Assembly (NCBI GenBank): GCA_963745495.1
Contig: CAVUXJ010000004.1
Coordinates: 299,985-363,984, forward strand
Source of the DNA: an uncultured Acidobacteriota bacterium
Lineage (GTDB): Bacteria > Acidobacteriota > Vicinamibacteria > Vicinamibacterales > CAVVIG01
Direction: 5' to 3'
DNA: 64,000 nt
How positions within the stretch are numbered: the stretch's first letter is position 1; every line of letters starts with the position of its first letter. A program made the position numbers and the translations under genes. The notes below the pieces were generated by a model. The model searched no databases. It was not told where the DNA came from and worked only from the letters and a program-made list of their open reading frames with translations. Positions 43,901-54,042 of the stretch are shown in pieces.

Positions 43901-44119
43901 CTGGCGGCGCCACGCACACGGTTGTCGTTGCAGTCCCCGTGCTTCGGCGTGTGACTGGCACACCGGGTTCGGCGCCTGCCCTCAGCGAGGACGTGGCGCA
44001 ACGTTCATCGCTCGACCGCGCACGAGGTGAGCGCCCTCGAGCTCATCAGGACATTCTGCCTGTCGAGCTGTCCGCGTACGGGCTCGGATTATGCAGCCTG
44101 CCGCCGTCGGAGGACGTAG

Positions 44120-44437
44120 ATGAGAAAAATGATCGTGACATGCCTGATCGCCCTTTCGCTGGGCGCTGGAATAGACGTCGCAGCGCAGTCCGGCGCCAAG
44201 GAAGAGACCAAGAAAGCAGGGGAGTCAGCCAAGGAAGCCGGCGAGGATACCGCGGACGCAGCGAAGCACGCGGGGAAAGCGACGGCAAAGGCGACCAAGA
44301 CAGGTGCAAAGAAGGTGAAGAAGGCCGTGACCGGTGATGCGCACGCAACCTGCGTAGACGGTACGCGGCAGGCTGGAACGACTGAAGCTGCCGCAGCCGC
44401 CGCCTGCTCTCACCATGGCGGCGTTGCCAGGCACTAA
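44120..44437 (+). CDS. Small secreted Lys/Ala-rich protein with a DUF3761-like C-terminus
   Basis: Signal peptide MRKMIVTCLIALSLGAGIDVAAQ. The C-terminal ATCVDGTRQ...AACSHHGGV matches the C.DG..S....GACS.HGGV pattern. Confidence 0.65.
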   Translation: MRKMIVTCLIALSLGAGIDVAAQSGAKEETKKAGESAKEAGEDTADAAKHAGKATAKATKTGAKKVKKAVTGDAHATCVDGTRQAGTTEAAAAAACSHHGGVARH

Positions 44438-44699
44438 TCGAACGGAATCGAGGAATCGCGCGAATCGTGCTGGCCCGTCAGCAGGCTTCTTCGTCGGGTC
44501 GTCGCGGTTGATGTGAACATTCATCGAACGCCTGATCGTCGGGGCATGAAGTGCTCGATGCCGGGCGGGGCAATATCGGGGCGGCGCTCAGCGCGCGTGA
44601 GCGCCGCGTTTCGTTGCCGGGCCGATCGCTCGCCTTACGACTCACTTCAGCCTACAAGTCGCGATCGCTGGACGAGGAGTGAGAGTAATTGATAACGAT

Positions 44700-44775
44700 T
44701 GGAGCCGGCGCGCGGACTTGAACCGCGGACCTGCTGATTACGAATCAGCTGCTCTACCAACTGAGCTACGCCGGC
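44700..44775 (-). tRNA. tRNA-Thr: tRNA-Thr (anticodon CGT), CCA encoded
   Basis: The reverse complement GCCGGCGTAGCTCAGTTGGTAGAGCAGCTGATTCGTAATCAGCAGGTCCGCGGTTCAAGTCCGCGCGCCGGCTCCA folds as a cloverleaf. It has a 7-bp acceptor stem, a D-arm AGCTCAGTTGGTAGAGC, an anticodon loop TTCGTAA and a T-arm GGTTCAAGTCC. Confidence 0.93.
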
Positions 44776-45016
44776 CAGGCGGTGGGACGCTGAAACCGTC
44801 ATTCTAACAGAGACGGCAACGCGATCTCCGCACCGCGCGCGGGTGAGGTGACGCGACGTCGGGCGGGCGATCCGTAGCAGAACAGTTCGCCGTCGCCCAT
44901 CGCTCAGGCTGAAGGCCGCTCAGATCACGACGCGCCAGAAATCGCCGGTTCGGGCTGCGGATGCCCGGAATGACGGGGCCTGGGATGCAGTCCCGAGCGA
45001 GGACGCTCCGGCTCAG

Positions 45017-45415
45017 CTATGAGAGGAACGCCCCACTATATTGGTCATCGGTGACCGGCTCGAGCCATTCGGTCGTGACGTTGACGTTGAGAGCCAGATG
45101 CACGCCGCGCGCGCCGGGCACGGCGCCGTGCCAATGTTTCTCGCCCGCTGGAATCACGACGGCATCTCCTCCCTCGACATCCTGCGGCGGCTCTCCCCAA
45201 CGCTGCACGCGAATGGCGCCTTCGACGATGAGGAGCCACTGCGGACCCGAGTGAATGTGCCAGTTCGTTCGCGAGCCGGATTCGAACTCGACGCGATAGA
45301 CGTGGACCGCGGCGCCTTCGCTGTCCGAGGCGAGCAGCTTCGTCCGCGCGGGGCCGACGAAAGAACTCGTGTCGGCGGGACGTGACGCGGTATCGACGCC
45401 CCGAAAGATTTTCAT
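45017..45415 (-). CDS. Cupin-domain protein
   Basis: MKIFRGVD...RTNWHIHSGPQWLLIVEGAIRVQ...GDAVVIPAGEKHWHGA shows cupin motifs 1 and 2. The upstream part of ORF 45017..45655 is ignored. Confidence 0.8.
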   Translation of the reverse strand: MKIFRGVDTASRPADTSSFVGPARTKLLASDSEGAAVHVYRVEFESGSRTNWHIHSGPQWLLIVEGAIRVQRWGEPPQDVEGGDAVVIPAGEKHWHGAVPGARGVHLALNVNVTTEWLEPVTDDQYSGAFLS

Positions 45416-45487
45416 GATTCGCTGCCCTTGAATTCGCCGCCCATCATATGTGCGGGTGTGAGTTGTTGCGGCCGACAGCGGGGGCCG

Positions 45488-45498
45488 TGTATAATACA
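45488..45498 (+). promoter_or_regulatory. Candidate -10 element embedded in a short palindrome; possible MarR operator
   Basis: TGTAT-A-ATACA palindrome containing TATAAT (45490-45495), 16 nt upstream of the marR-family ATG. It lies in the divergent cupin/marR intergenic region. Confidence 0.35.
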
Positions 45499-45510
45499 TA
45501 CCTGAACTAT

Positions 45511-45933
45511 ATGGCAGCTCCGAGTGGCGGCCTCTTCGCGCTTCTCCATGCCGCAGGATCGGCAGAGGGCTTTGTGGAATCGAAGCTGGCAGCCGTCGGG
45601 CTGTCGATTCCGAAGCTGGCGGCGCTGAACCGCCTGGTCGAAGCGGGCGATTCATTGCCCCTAGGGCAGTTGGCCGAGCGACTCGCCTGTGTGAAGTCGA
45701 ACGTGACGCAGCTCGTCGATCGCCTTGAAACCGATGGCCTGGTCGCGCGCGCGCCGGATCCGAACGATCGCCGATCGCGTCTTGCGGTTCTCACCGCGGA
45801 AGGACGTCGCGCGTACGAGAAGGGGTCGCTCGTGCAGGGCGAGGCCGAGCGCCAATTGTTCGATGCGCTGTCTGGCGACGATTCGGTCCGGCTCGCGGAC
45901 ATCCTTGGCAAGTTGGATCGGGCGCGCGGCTGA
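45511..45933 (+). CDS. MarR-family transcriptional regulator
   Basis: LSIPKLAALNRLVEAGDSLPLGQLAERLACVKSNVTQLVDRLETDGLVARAPDPNDRRSRLAVLTAEG is a winged HTH of MarR type. Confidence 0.85.
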   Translation: MAAPSGGLFALLHAAGSAEGFVESKLAAVGLSIPKLAALNRLVEAGDSLPLGQLAERLACVKSNVTQLVDRLETDGLVARAPDPNDRRSRLAVLTAEGRRAYEKGSLVQGEAERQLFDALSGDDSVRLADILGKLDRARG

Positions 45934-45990
45934 CTTTTTTTGGCCATGTAGTGCATGTATGTATCGTCGATGGATGAAAAGGAGAGAGCG

Positions 45991-46354
45991 ATGAAGAAGA
46001 ACATGTTGCGCTGTGGGTTCTGCAGATCGCCGTCGCCGCGGTGTTCGTCGTCTCCGCGCGTGCCCAAGCTGGCCGGCGTGCCGATGATGGTCCAGATGTT
46101 CGACGCCCTCGGATTCGGACAATGGTTCCGTTACTGTCACCGCCGTGCTGGAGCTTGGCGGCGCGGTCCTGCTGCTCGTGCCGGCGCTGGCGGGCATCGG
46201 CGCCCTCGTGCTCGCGATCGTCATGGTCGGTGCGATCCTCGCGCACACGCTGGTTCTCGGCGGCAGCGCGGTGCCGGCGATCGTGCTGCTCGCGGCGACG
46301 CTCACGATCGCCTGGTTCCGGCGCGCACAGGCTCCCTCGCTCGTGCGGGTCTGA
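45991..46354 (+). CDS. DoxX-family membrane protein, about 3 apparent frameshifts
   Basis: MKKNMLRWVLQIAVAAVFVVSA / PKLAGVPMMVQMFDALGFGQWFRY / LELGGAVLLLVPALAGIGALVLAIVMVGAILAH, distributed over three frames. Confidence 0.7.
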
Positions 46355-46474
46355 CCGACGGGCAGCCACTGTCCCGTCGGCCGAATGGATCAGCTGAATT
46401 GCCTCGGTTGCGGGGCTGGGCTACGATTGCTGGTTCAGACCTTCAGCAATTAGCGCACAGAGCCGTAACCGAGG

Positions 46475-49400
46475 ATGCCCGACACCGCTCCACGCGAGGC
46501 TGCCGCCGATCTCGTCGTTCGCGGCGCGCGCACGCACAACCTCAAGAACATCGATCTGACGCTGCCGATCGGCAAGCTGATCATCGTGACCGGCGTCAGC
46601 GGATCGGGAAAGTCGTCGCTCGCCTTCGACACGATCTACGCGGAAGGCCAGCGGCGGTACGTCGAGTCGCTGTCGGCCTACGCGCGGCAGTTTCTCGAGC
46701 GGATGGAGAAGCCCGACGTCGATCGCATCGACGGCATCGCGCCGGCCATCGCCATCCGCCAGAAGAACAGCATCAGGAATCCGCGCTCGACGGTCGGAAC
46801 GACGACCGAGATCCACGACTACATGCGGCTGCTGTTCGCGCGCGTCGGCCGGACGTTCTGCCGGAACTGCGGCCGCGAGGTGGTACGCGAGACGGCCGAA
46901 GTCGTGGCCCGCCAGCTCGGCGAATTGCCCGCGGGCACCCGGCTGCTCCTCGGGTTCGATCTCCCGGTCGTCGAGACCGACTCCGCTGGCGATTCTGGAC
47001 GCCCGACCCGAGGTCGACGAGTTGAGCGAAGCGGAGGGCGACGACGCCGCCGAGCCGGCGCCGCTCGACATCGGTGGAACAGACGCGCCCGACGCCCGCA
47101 CCGGACGCCGGCCCGCGGCCGCCGATGCGGCCAGCGCGGCGTCGGCCGTGGCCGCCAGCATCGAGACGCTGCGGCGCAAGGGTTTCGGCCGGCTGCTCGT
47201 CGCCGATCGGGCGGTGACGTTCGACGAGATCGACGCGGCCGCGCTCGCCGGCCGTTCGACGCTGCAGGTCGTCGTCGATCGTGCGTGCGCAGGCTGGGCG
47301 GCGACGCGAGCGAGACGCGGCAGCGGCTCACCGATTCGATCGAGACGGCGTATCGCGAAGGCGGCGGCGCGGCGTGGGCGATCGAGGTGCCGGCCCTGCG
47401 GCAGTCGCGCAGGAGCCGGTTCCGCGCCGCCGGCGCCGATCGCTCACCGGTTCTCCGAGCGCTTCGAGTGCCGGGACGTGCGGGATCGCGTACGAGGATC
47501 CGCAGCCGCGGCTCTTCTCGTTCAACAACCCGTTCGGCGCGTGCCCGACCTGCCACGGCTTCGGCAACATCATCGAGCTCGACATGAATCTGGTCGTGCC
47601 GGACACGTCGAAGTCGATCGCGCAGAACGCGATCGAGCCGTGGAGCAAGCCGCACTATCGGACCGCAGCTGGCCGCAGCTGAAGCGGGTCGCGCGCAAGC
47701 ACAAGATCCGCCTCGACGTGCCGTGGGCCGATCTGACCGAGGACGAGAAGCACTTCGTCGTCGAAGGCGCGGCTCGTCGAAGGACGACGACTACGCAGGG
47801 CATCCGCGGCTTCTTCCGCTGGCTCGAGCGGAAGAAATACAAGGTCCACGTGCGCGTGTTCCTCAGCCGGTACCGCGGCTATCTGACGTGTCCGGACTGC
47901 GGCGGCGCGCGCCTCCGGCGCGAAGCGCGCGACGTGCGCGTCTCCGGGCAGACGATCGATCGGGTGTCGTCGCTGACCGTTCACGAGGCGCAGCGCTTCC
48001 TCTCCGACGCTGGAACTGACCGAGAAGGAAACGGCGATCGCCGAGAAGGTCCTCAAGGAGATCCGGCGGCGGCTGTCGTTTCTGAGCGACGTCGGACTCG
48101 ACTATCTGACGCTCGACCGGCTGTCGTCGACGCTGTCCGGCGGCGAGGCGCAGCGCATCAACCTCGCGACCTCGCTCGGTTCCGCGCTGGTCGGCACGCT
48201 GTATGTGCTCGACGAGCCGTCCATCGGCCTGCACTCGCGCGACAACCTGCGGCTGATCGACATCCTGCGGCAGCTCCGCGATCAGGGCAACACGGTGCTC
48301 GTCGTCGAGCACGACGCCGACATGATCAGGGTCGCCGATCACATCGTCGATCTCGGGCTGGGCGCCGGCGAGCAGGGCGGGCGCGTCGTGTTCTCGGGCA
48401 CGCTCGACGGCCTGATGCAGGAGCCGCGCTCGCTGACCTCGAAGTATCTGCGCCAGGAACTGGCGATTCCCGTGCCGACGACGCGGCGGCGGGGAACGGG
48501 CCAGAAGATCCGGCTCCTCGGCGCGAGCGAGCACAACCTGAAGGACGTCGACGTCAGCATTCCGCTGAACGTGCTGACCTGCGTGACCGGCGTCAGCGGC
48601 TCCGGCAAGTCGACGCTCGTGCACGACGTGCTGTACGCCGCGATCAAGCGCGCCAAGGGCGGCTGGGAGAAGCCGCGTCGGCGCGTTTCGGAAAGCTCGA
48701 AGGCACCGAGCTCATCACCGACGCGGTGCTCGTCGATCAGGCGCCGATCGGACGGACGCCGCGGTCGAATCCGGTGACGTATCTGAAGGCGTTCGATCCG
48801 ATCCGCGAGCTGTTTGCCGCCACCAAGGACGCGCGCGCGCGCGGGCTGACGGCGAGCCACTTCTCGTTCAACGTGCCGGGCGGCCGCTGCGAAGCGTGCC
48901 AGGGCGAAGGCGAGTGCGCGTCGAGATGCAGTTCCTCGCCGACGTGTTCGTGCCGTGCGATCAGTGCGACGGCAAGCGGTTCAAGCCGCAGGTGCTCGAG
49001 GTCCGCTATCGCGGCCGCACCATCCACCAGGTGCTCGATCTGACGGTGCGCGAGGCGCTCACCTTCTTCAGCAGCTCGCCGAAGGTGCTCCGCCGGCTGC
49101 AGGTGCTCGACGAGATCGGGCTGGGCTATCTGCGGCTCGGCCAGCCGGCGACGACGCTGTCAGGGGGCGAGGCGCAGCGGATCAAGATTGCCGCGCACCT
49201 GTCGTCGCATGGCGGCGAACGGTTGCTCTACATTCTCGACGAGCCGACGACCGGCCTGCACTTCGACGACATCGCGAAGCTGCTGACGGCCTTCCGGAAG
49301 CTGCTCGAGGCGGGCAACACGCTGCTCGTCATCGAGCACAATCTCGACGTGATCAAGACCGCGGACTACATCATCGATCTCGGCCCCGAAGGCGGCGAAG

Positions 49401-49528
49401 GCGGCGGGATGGTGGTGGCGACCGGGACGCCGGAACAGGTCGCGCAGATCGAGGCGTCGCACACGGGCCGCTATCTTCGCGCGACGCTCGCCGAAGGGCG
49501 GTCTCATGCGTACGCTGCGGGACGGTAG
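46475..49528 (+). CDS. uvrA: Excinuclease ABC subunit A (UvrA), about 10 apparent frameshifts
   Basis: [109 protein letters not shown] (twice), [48 protein letters not shown]. Confidence 0.9.
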
Positions 49529-49536
49529 GGCGCAGA

Positions 49537-49600
49537 GGGCAGGAGGGGCGGGAAGGGCGGGAAGGGCAGGAAGGGCAGGAGGGGCAGGAAGGGCGGGCAG
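49537..49600. repeat. G-rich tandem nonamer array (GGCRGGARG, about 7 units)
   Basis: ggcaggagg ggcgggaag ggcgggaag ggcaggaag ggcaggagg ggcaggaag ggcgggcag, directly after the uvrA stop. Confidence 0.85.
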
Positions 49601-49650
49601 TGGCGCAGCTGCAAGCTGGCGAGCGAGCTGACAGCTGATAGCTAGATATC

Positions 49651-50285
49651 GTGAAGCTCCCTCGTGCTTTCTACGATCGGCCGACGCTCGACGTCGCGCG
49701 CGATCTCCTCGGCAAGGTTCTCGTGCATCGGCGGCGCGGCGTCGTCACCAGCGGCGTCATCGTCGAGGTCGAAGCGTACATTGGCGAGTCCGATCCCGCC
49801 TGTCATGCGGCGCCGGGGCCGACCCGGCGCAACGAGCCGCTGTACGGTCCTCCCGGCCATGCGTACGTCTATCTGAATTACGGCATTCACTGCCTGGTGA
49901 ACGTCGTGACCGAGTCGGCGGGCTCTCCCGCGGCGGTGCTCGTGCGCGCGCTCGATCCGCGGGACGGCATCTCGATCATGCGGCGCCGGCGCGCCGGTGC
50001 GATCAAGGGCCGTCCGCGCGCCGTCGAGCTTCCGGACCGACGAGCTGTGCCGCGGGCCCGGCAATCTGACGAGGGCGATGGGCATCACCCTCGCGCGAGA
50101 ACCGGCTGGATCTTCTGGCCGATCGGCTGTTCGTCGAGGATCATCGGCTGCCGGCCGGCCCGATCGCGTGGGGACCCCGTATCGGGATCAGCGTCGGGAC
50201 CGAGCAACCGTGGCGAGCGTTCCTCGACGGCCATCCGGCGGTGTCGGCTCAATCGAATCGTTCACCCCGGAGGCGGCCGGGGTAG
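49651..50285 (+). CDS. mpg: DNA-3-methyladenine glycosylase (Mpg/AAG family), about 2 apparent frameshifts
   Basis: LPRAFYDRPTLDVARDLLGKVLVHR...GVIVEVEAYIGESDPACHA...RRNEPLYGPPGHAYVYLNYGIHCLVNVV...LVRALDP...CRGPGNLTRAMGI. Confidence 0.8.
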
Positions 50286-50496
50286 GTTCCGCGCCGTTCG
50301 CTTCCGTCGGGTTCCGGGTTTCGGGCTTGACCGCAAGCCCAGAAGAGAGTACTAGTTAGAGTGTTGTGTCGAGCTGGATGTCGGCCGGTCGCTGTTGTTG
50401 TTGCGTGGTATCCGTGAGCCGCCGCGCCAGCCGTTCAGGTCCGTTGCTGTCGAGCATTATCAGCTAACCGATTCTCCGTTCCTGAACGACCTGCAG

Positions 50497-50528
50497 CCCG
50501 GGAGGCTCACCTCTTCCGGGCTTTTTTT
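50497..50528 (+). terminator. Intrinsic terminator-like hairpin plus T7 tract, 36 nt upstream of the siroheme gene start
   Basis: CCCGGGAGG-ctca-CCTCttCCGGG followed by cTTTTTTT. Confidence 0.65.
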
Positions 50529-50563
50529 GTGTGCGCGGCTGACGTACGGTAGGCACGGCGTAA

Positions 50564-51227
50564 ATGACTGATCTCCTCCCTCTTTTCGTGAACCTGAGCG
50601 GCCGCCGTGTCGTGCTGGTCGGCGGCGGTCCGGTCGCCGGCGCGAAGCTCGACGCAGCTTCTCGCGGCAGGCGCGGACGTGCACGTCGTCGCTCCGGAGA
50701 TTCACGAGGACATCGTCAAGGCGGCGGTCGCCATCTCGCGGCGTCAGTTCGTGCCCGCCGACCTGGACGGGGCATGGCTGGTGGTTGCGGCCGCGACGCC
50801 GGACGTGAATCGGAGCGTGGCCGCAGCCGCCGAGGGGCGCCAGCTGTTCGTGAACGCGGTGGACGATCCGGCGAATGCGACGGCGTTTCTGAGCGGTGTG
50901 GTCCGCCGTGACGGCGTGACGCTGGCGATTTCGACGAGCGGCGATGCGCCGGGGCTGACGGCGCTGTTGCGCGAGGCGCTCGATGCCGTTCTTCCGCGCG
51001 ATCTCGGCGCCTGGGTGCACGAGGCGCGCCGGCAGCGGGCCGCCTGGAAAGAAGACGGCGTGCCCATGTCGAAGCGGCGCCCGTTGCTGCTCGAGGCGCT
51101 GAACAGGCTGTACCGATCACCGCGGAGCCGCGGAGCACGAGAGCCCGGTGCACTCTGCGGTCTGCGAGCTCTGCGGCGATCGCGTGCGGTGATCGCATGG
51201 TCGAGGCGGGAGGGTTCGTGGCAGTGA
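50564..51227 (+). CDS. Precorrin-2 dehydrogenase / sirohydrochlorin ferrochelatase (SirC / CysG N-domain-like), one apparent frameshift near 50650
   Basis: LPLFVNLSGRRVVLVGGGPVAGAKL, then LLAAGADVHVVAPEI...WLVVAAT...LFVNAVDDP...AISTSGDAPGLTALLRE. Confidence 0.75.
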
Positions 51228-51994
51228 TGGGACACGTCTCGCTCGTCGGCGCGGGCCCGGGCGATCCGGCACTCCTGACGCGCAAGGCGGTCGATGCGCC
51301 TGCGCGCCGCGGATCTGGTGCTGTACGACGCGCTCGTCGACGAGCGCGTGCTTCGGCTGGCCCGCCGCGCGCAGCGGTTCTTCGTCGGCAAGCGCGCCGG
51401 GACGCCATGCGTTGTCGCAGACCGCGATTCACGCGGTGATGATTCGGGCCGCGAAGCGCGGCCGGCGCGTCGTCCGGCTGAAGGGCGGCGATCCGTTCGT
51501 GTTCGGCCGCGGCGGCGAAGAGGCGCTCGCGCTCGACGCGGCGGGCGTGCCGTTCGACATCGTGCCCGGCGTCACGCAGCGCCGTGGCGGCGCCGGCTCT
51601 GGCCGGCATTCCGGTGACGCATCGAGGCCTCGCGTCGGCCTTCCTGGTCGTCAGCGGCCACGACGAGGACGCCTTCGCCGCGTCGATCGGCCAGCTGCGC
51701 GCCGAACGGCCTCACGCTGGTCGTGCTCATGGGCGCTCGGACGCCGCGCCGCGCTCGCCGCGCGCTTGATCGATCGCGGCTGGTCGCGCGAGACGCCGGC
51801 GGCGATCGTGGCCGACGCGTCGCTGCCGCAGCAGCAGGTCTGGCGCGGCACGCTGGACGATCTGGCGTCGGATCGCGCGCGACTCGAGGGCGACGGCCCC
51901 GCGACGATCGTGATCGGCGCCGTGGCGGCGCTGGCGCTGATCACCGTCGATGCACAGCGTGGCGACGGCGGAGAGGGCGCGCAGGCGCTCGTAA
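51227..51994 (+). CDS. cobA: Uroporphyrinogen-III C-methyltransferase (CobA/SirA), about 5 apparent frameshifts; the 3' end is approximate
   Basis: The ATG overlaps the preceding stop (GTGATG). VSLVGAGPGDPALLTRKAV, LRAADLVLYDALV, RVVRLKGGDPFVFGRGGEE, GIPVTHRGLASAF, WRGTLDDL. Confidence 0.75.
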
Positions 51995-52008
51995 CCAGGA
52001 TACGCGAC

Positions 52009-53858
52009 ATGTCTTCAAGCGACAACACCAGCACACACGGCCGCACGCGCCTCTCGTTCGCCAGCGTGGCCGACATCGACGAATTCGTCGCGACGCTCGA
52101 GCGCTACGAGCGCGGCGAGCTGACGCCCGACCAGTGGCGCGCGTTCCGTCTCGTGCGCGGCACGTACGGGCAGCGGCAGACCGCCGACGCGCAGATGCTG
52201 CGCGTCAAGGTGCCGCAGGGCATCCTGACGAGCGATCAGCTCGCGGCGCTCGCCGACGTCGGCGAGCGCTATTCGCGGCGCTTCGGCCACATCACCACGC
52301 GCCAGAACATCCAGTTCCATTTCGTCAAGCTGCACGACGTCGAGCCGGCGATGCGGCGCCTCGCCGAGGCGGGGCTGACGACGCGCGAGGCGTGCGGCAA
52401 TTCGGTGCGCAACATCACGGCGTGCCCGTACGCGGGCGTCGCGGCCGACGGAGCGGTTCGACGTCACGCCGTACGCCGAAGCGTTGACGCGGTTCTTCCT
52501 GCGCCATCGGCTCAGCTCCACGCTGCCGCGCAAGTTCAAGATCGCCTTCGAAGGCTGCGCGCGAGGATCACGTCGCGACGGCGATCCACGACCTCGGATT
52601 CTTCGCCGCGCTGGGTCGCCGGACGGCGACGCGGGGCTTCCGGGTCGTCGCCGGCGGCGGCACCGCCATCATGTGCAAGTCGGCCGGCATCCTGCACGAA
52701 TTCATCCCGGCCGTCGGAGCTCCTCCGCGTCGCCGAAGCGGTCCTGCGCGTGTTCCACCGGCTCGGCGACTACCAGCACAAGCAGCGCAACCGGATGAAG
52801 TTCATGATCAAGGAGCTCGGGTGGGACCGGTGGCGGCAGGAGTACGAGCTCGAGCTGGCGGCCTGCCGCGGCGAGAGCGGGCCGCCGCTTCTGACGATCG
52901 AGCCGCCGGCCGCCGAATCGCCGCTCGAATGGCGCAAGGATGCGCCGCCGTCGCCGTCGCTGATCGCCGCGCGCGTGGCGGCGGCGCCGCCGCGCGGTCC
53001 CGGGCATCACGCCGGAGCTCGTGCCGATCTACCACGCCGCGCGACGAAGCGTACGTGCGGTGGCGCGCCACGAACGTCCGCCCGCAGAAGCAGTTCGGCT
53101 ACATGATGGCGACCGCGACCGTGCCGCTGGGCGATCTCACGAGCGAACAGATGCGCGTGATCGGCGAGCTGGCGCGCGCGTACGGCGATGGCACCGTCCG
53201 CGTCACGCTCGAGCAGGATCTGGTCTTCCGATGGGTGCCTGTCGGCGACGTCCGCGAGCTCTATCGGCGGCTGTCGGCCGCGGGCCTCGGGCTGGCCGAG
53301 GCGTCGACCATCGCCGACGTCACGAGCTGCCCCGGGCGCCGAGTCGTGCCGGCTCGCCGTCACGCAGTCGCGCGGTCTGGGCCGGCTGCTCGAGGACCAC
53401 CTGCGCGCGCGTCCCGATCTCATCGCCGCCGCGGATGCGCGCGCGCATCAAGATCAGCGGCTGCCCGAACGGCTGCGGCCAGCACCACGTCGCGACGATC
53501 GGATTCCAGGGCAGCGTGCGACGCGTGGGCGGGCGCGCGGTGCCGCAGTACTTCGTGATGGTCGGCGGCGGCACGACCGAGCACGGCGCCAGTTTCGCGC
53601 GGACCGCCGCCAAGATTCCGGCCCGTCGCATCCCCGAAGCGCCTCGAGCGGCTGATTGCGCTTCTACCAGCGCGAGCGGACCGACGGCGAGTCGGCGCCC
53701 GCGTTCTTCCAGCGCGATCGATCTGGCCCGCGTCTCCAGCGAGCTGCGAGGATCTGCAGCACTTCACCGAGGCCGACGCCGTGCCGCTCGACTTCGTCGA
53801 TCTCGCCGAAACCGGCGAGTACACGCCGGAGGTCATGGACGGGGAGTGCTCAGCGTAG
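52009..53858 (+). CDS. Ferredoxin-type sulfite/nitrite reductase (siroheme, 4Fe-4S), about 8 apparent frameshifts
   Basis: LTPDQWRAFRLVRGTYGQRQ...MLRVKVPQGILTSDQLAALADVGERYSRRFGHITTRQNIQFHFV...TTREACGNSVRNITACP...TSCPGAESC...IKISGCPNGCGQHH. Confidence 0.8.
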
Positions 53859-54042
53859 CGACGTTCCAGTCGACAGTTCAGCAGTGAGTTCACAGCTGTC
53901 AGCGGCTGCCGTCGCAGCTGATGGCCCTGAACGGCCGAGAGCTGATAGCTACCCATATCTACCAATGTAGATATGTCGATAAAAGCTCTTGCGGACCGAT
54001 TTCGGCCGTCTGGTATATTCCGGACCGAGGACGGCTGCCACG

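Noticed and set aside
44700-44775. tRNA-Thr as an integration site of a genomic island or prophage
   Set aside because: No integrase, recombinase or phage genes are adjacent. No direct repeat of the tRNA 3' end was noticed within the window. The flanking genes (small secreted protein, cupin, marR) look chromosomal.
49537-49600. Tandem repeat array considered as a possible CRISPR array
   Set aside because: The units are 9 nt long and directly abutting with no spacers, and no cas genes are nearby. It is a microsatellite-like array.
50340-50530. SRP (4.5S) RNA, 6S RNA or a known riboswitch class in the mpg-sirC spacer
   Set aside because: The conserved SRP motif (GGAAGCAGCC-type loop), S-box blocks, the B12 box and T-box features are all absent by eye. 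It is kept only as an unclassified candidate leader/sRNA.
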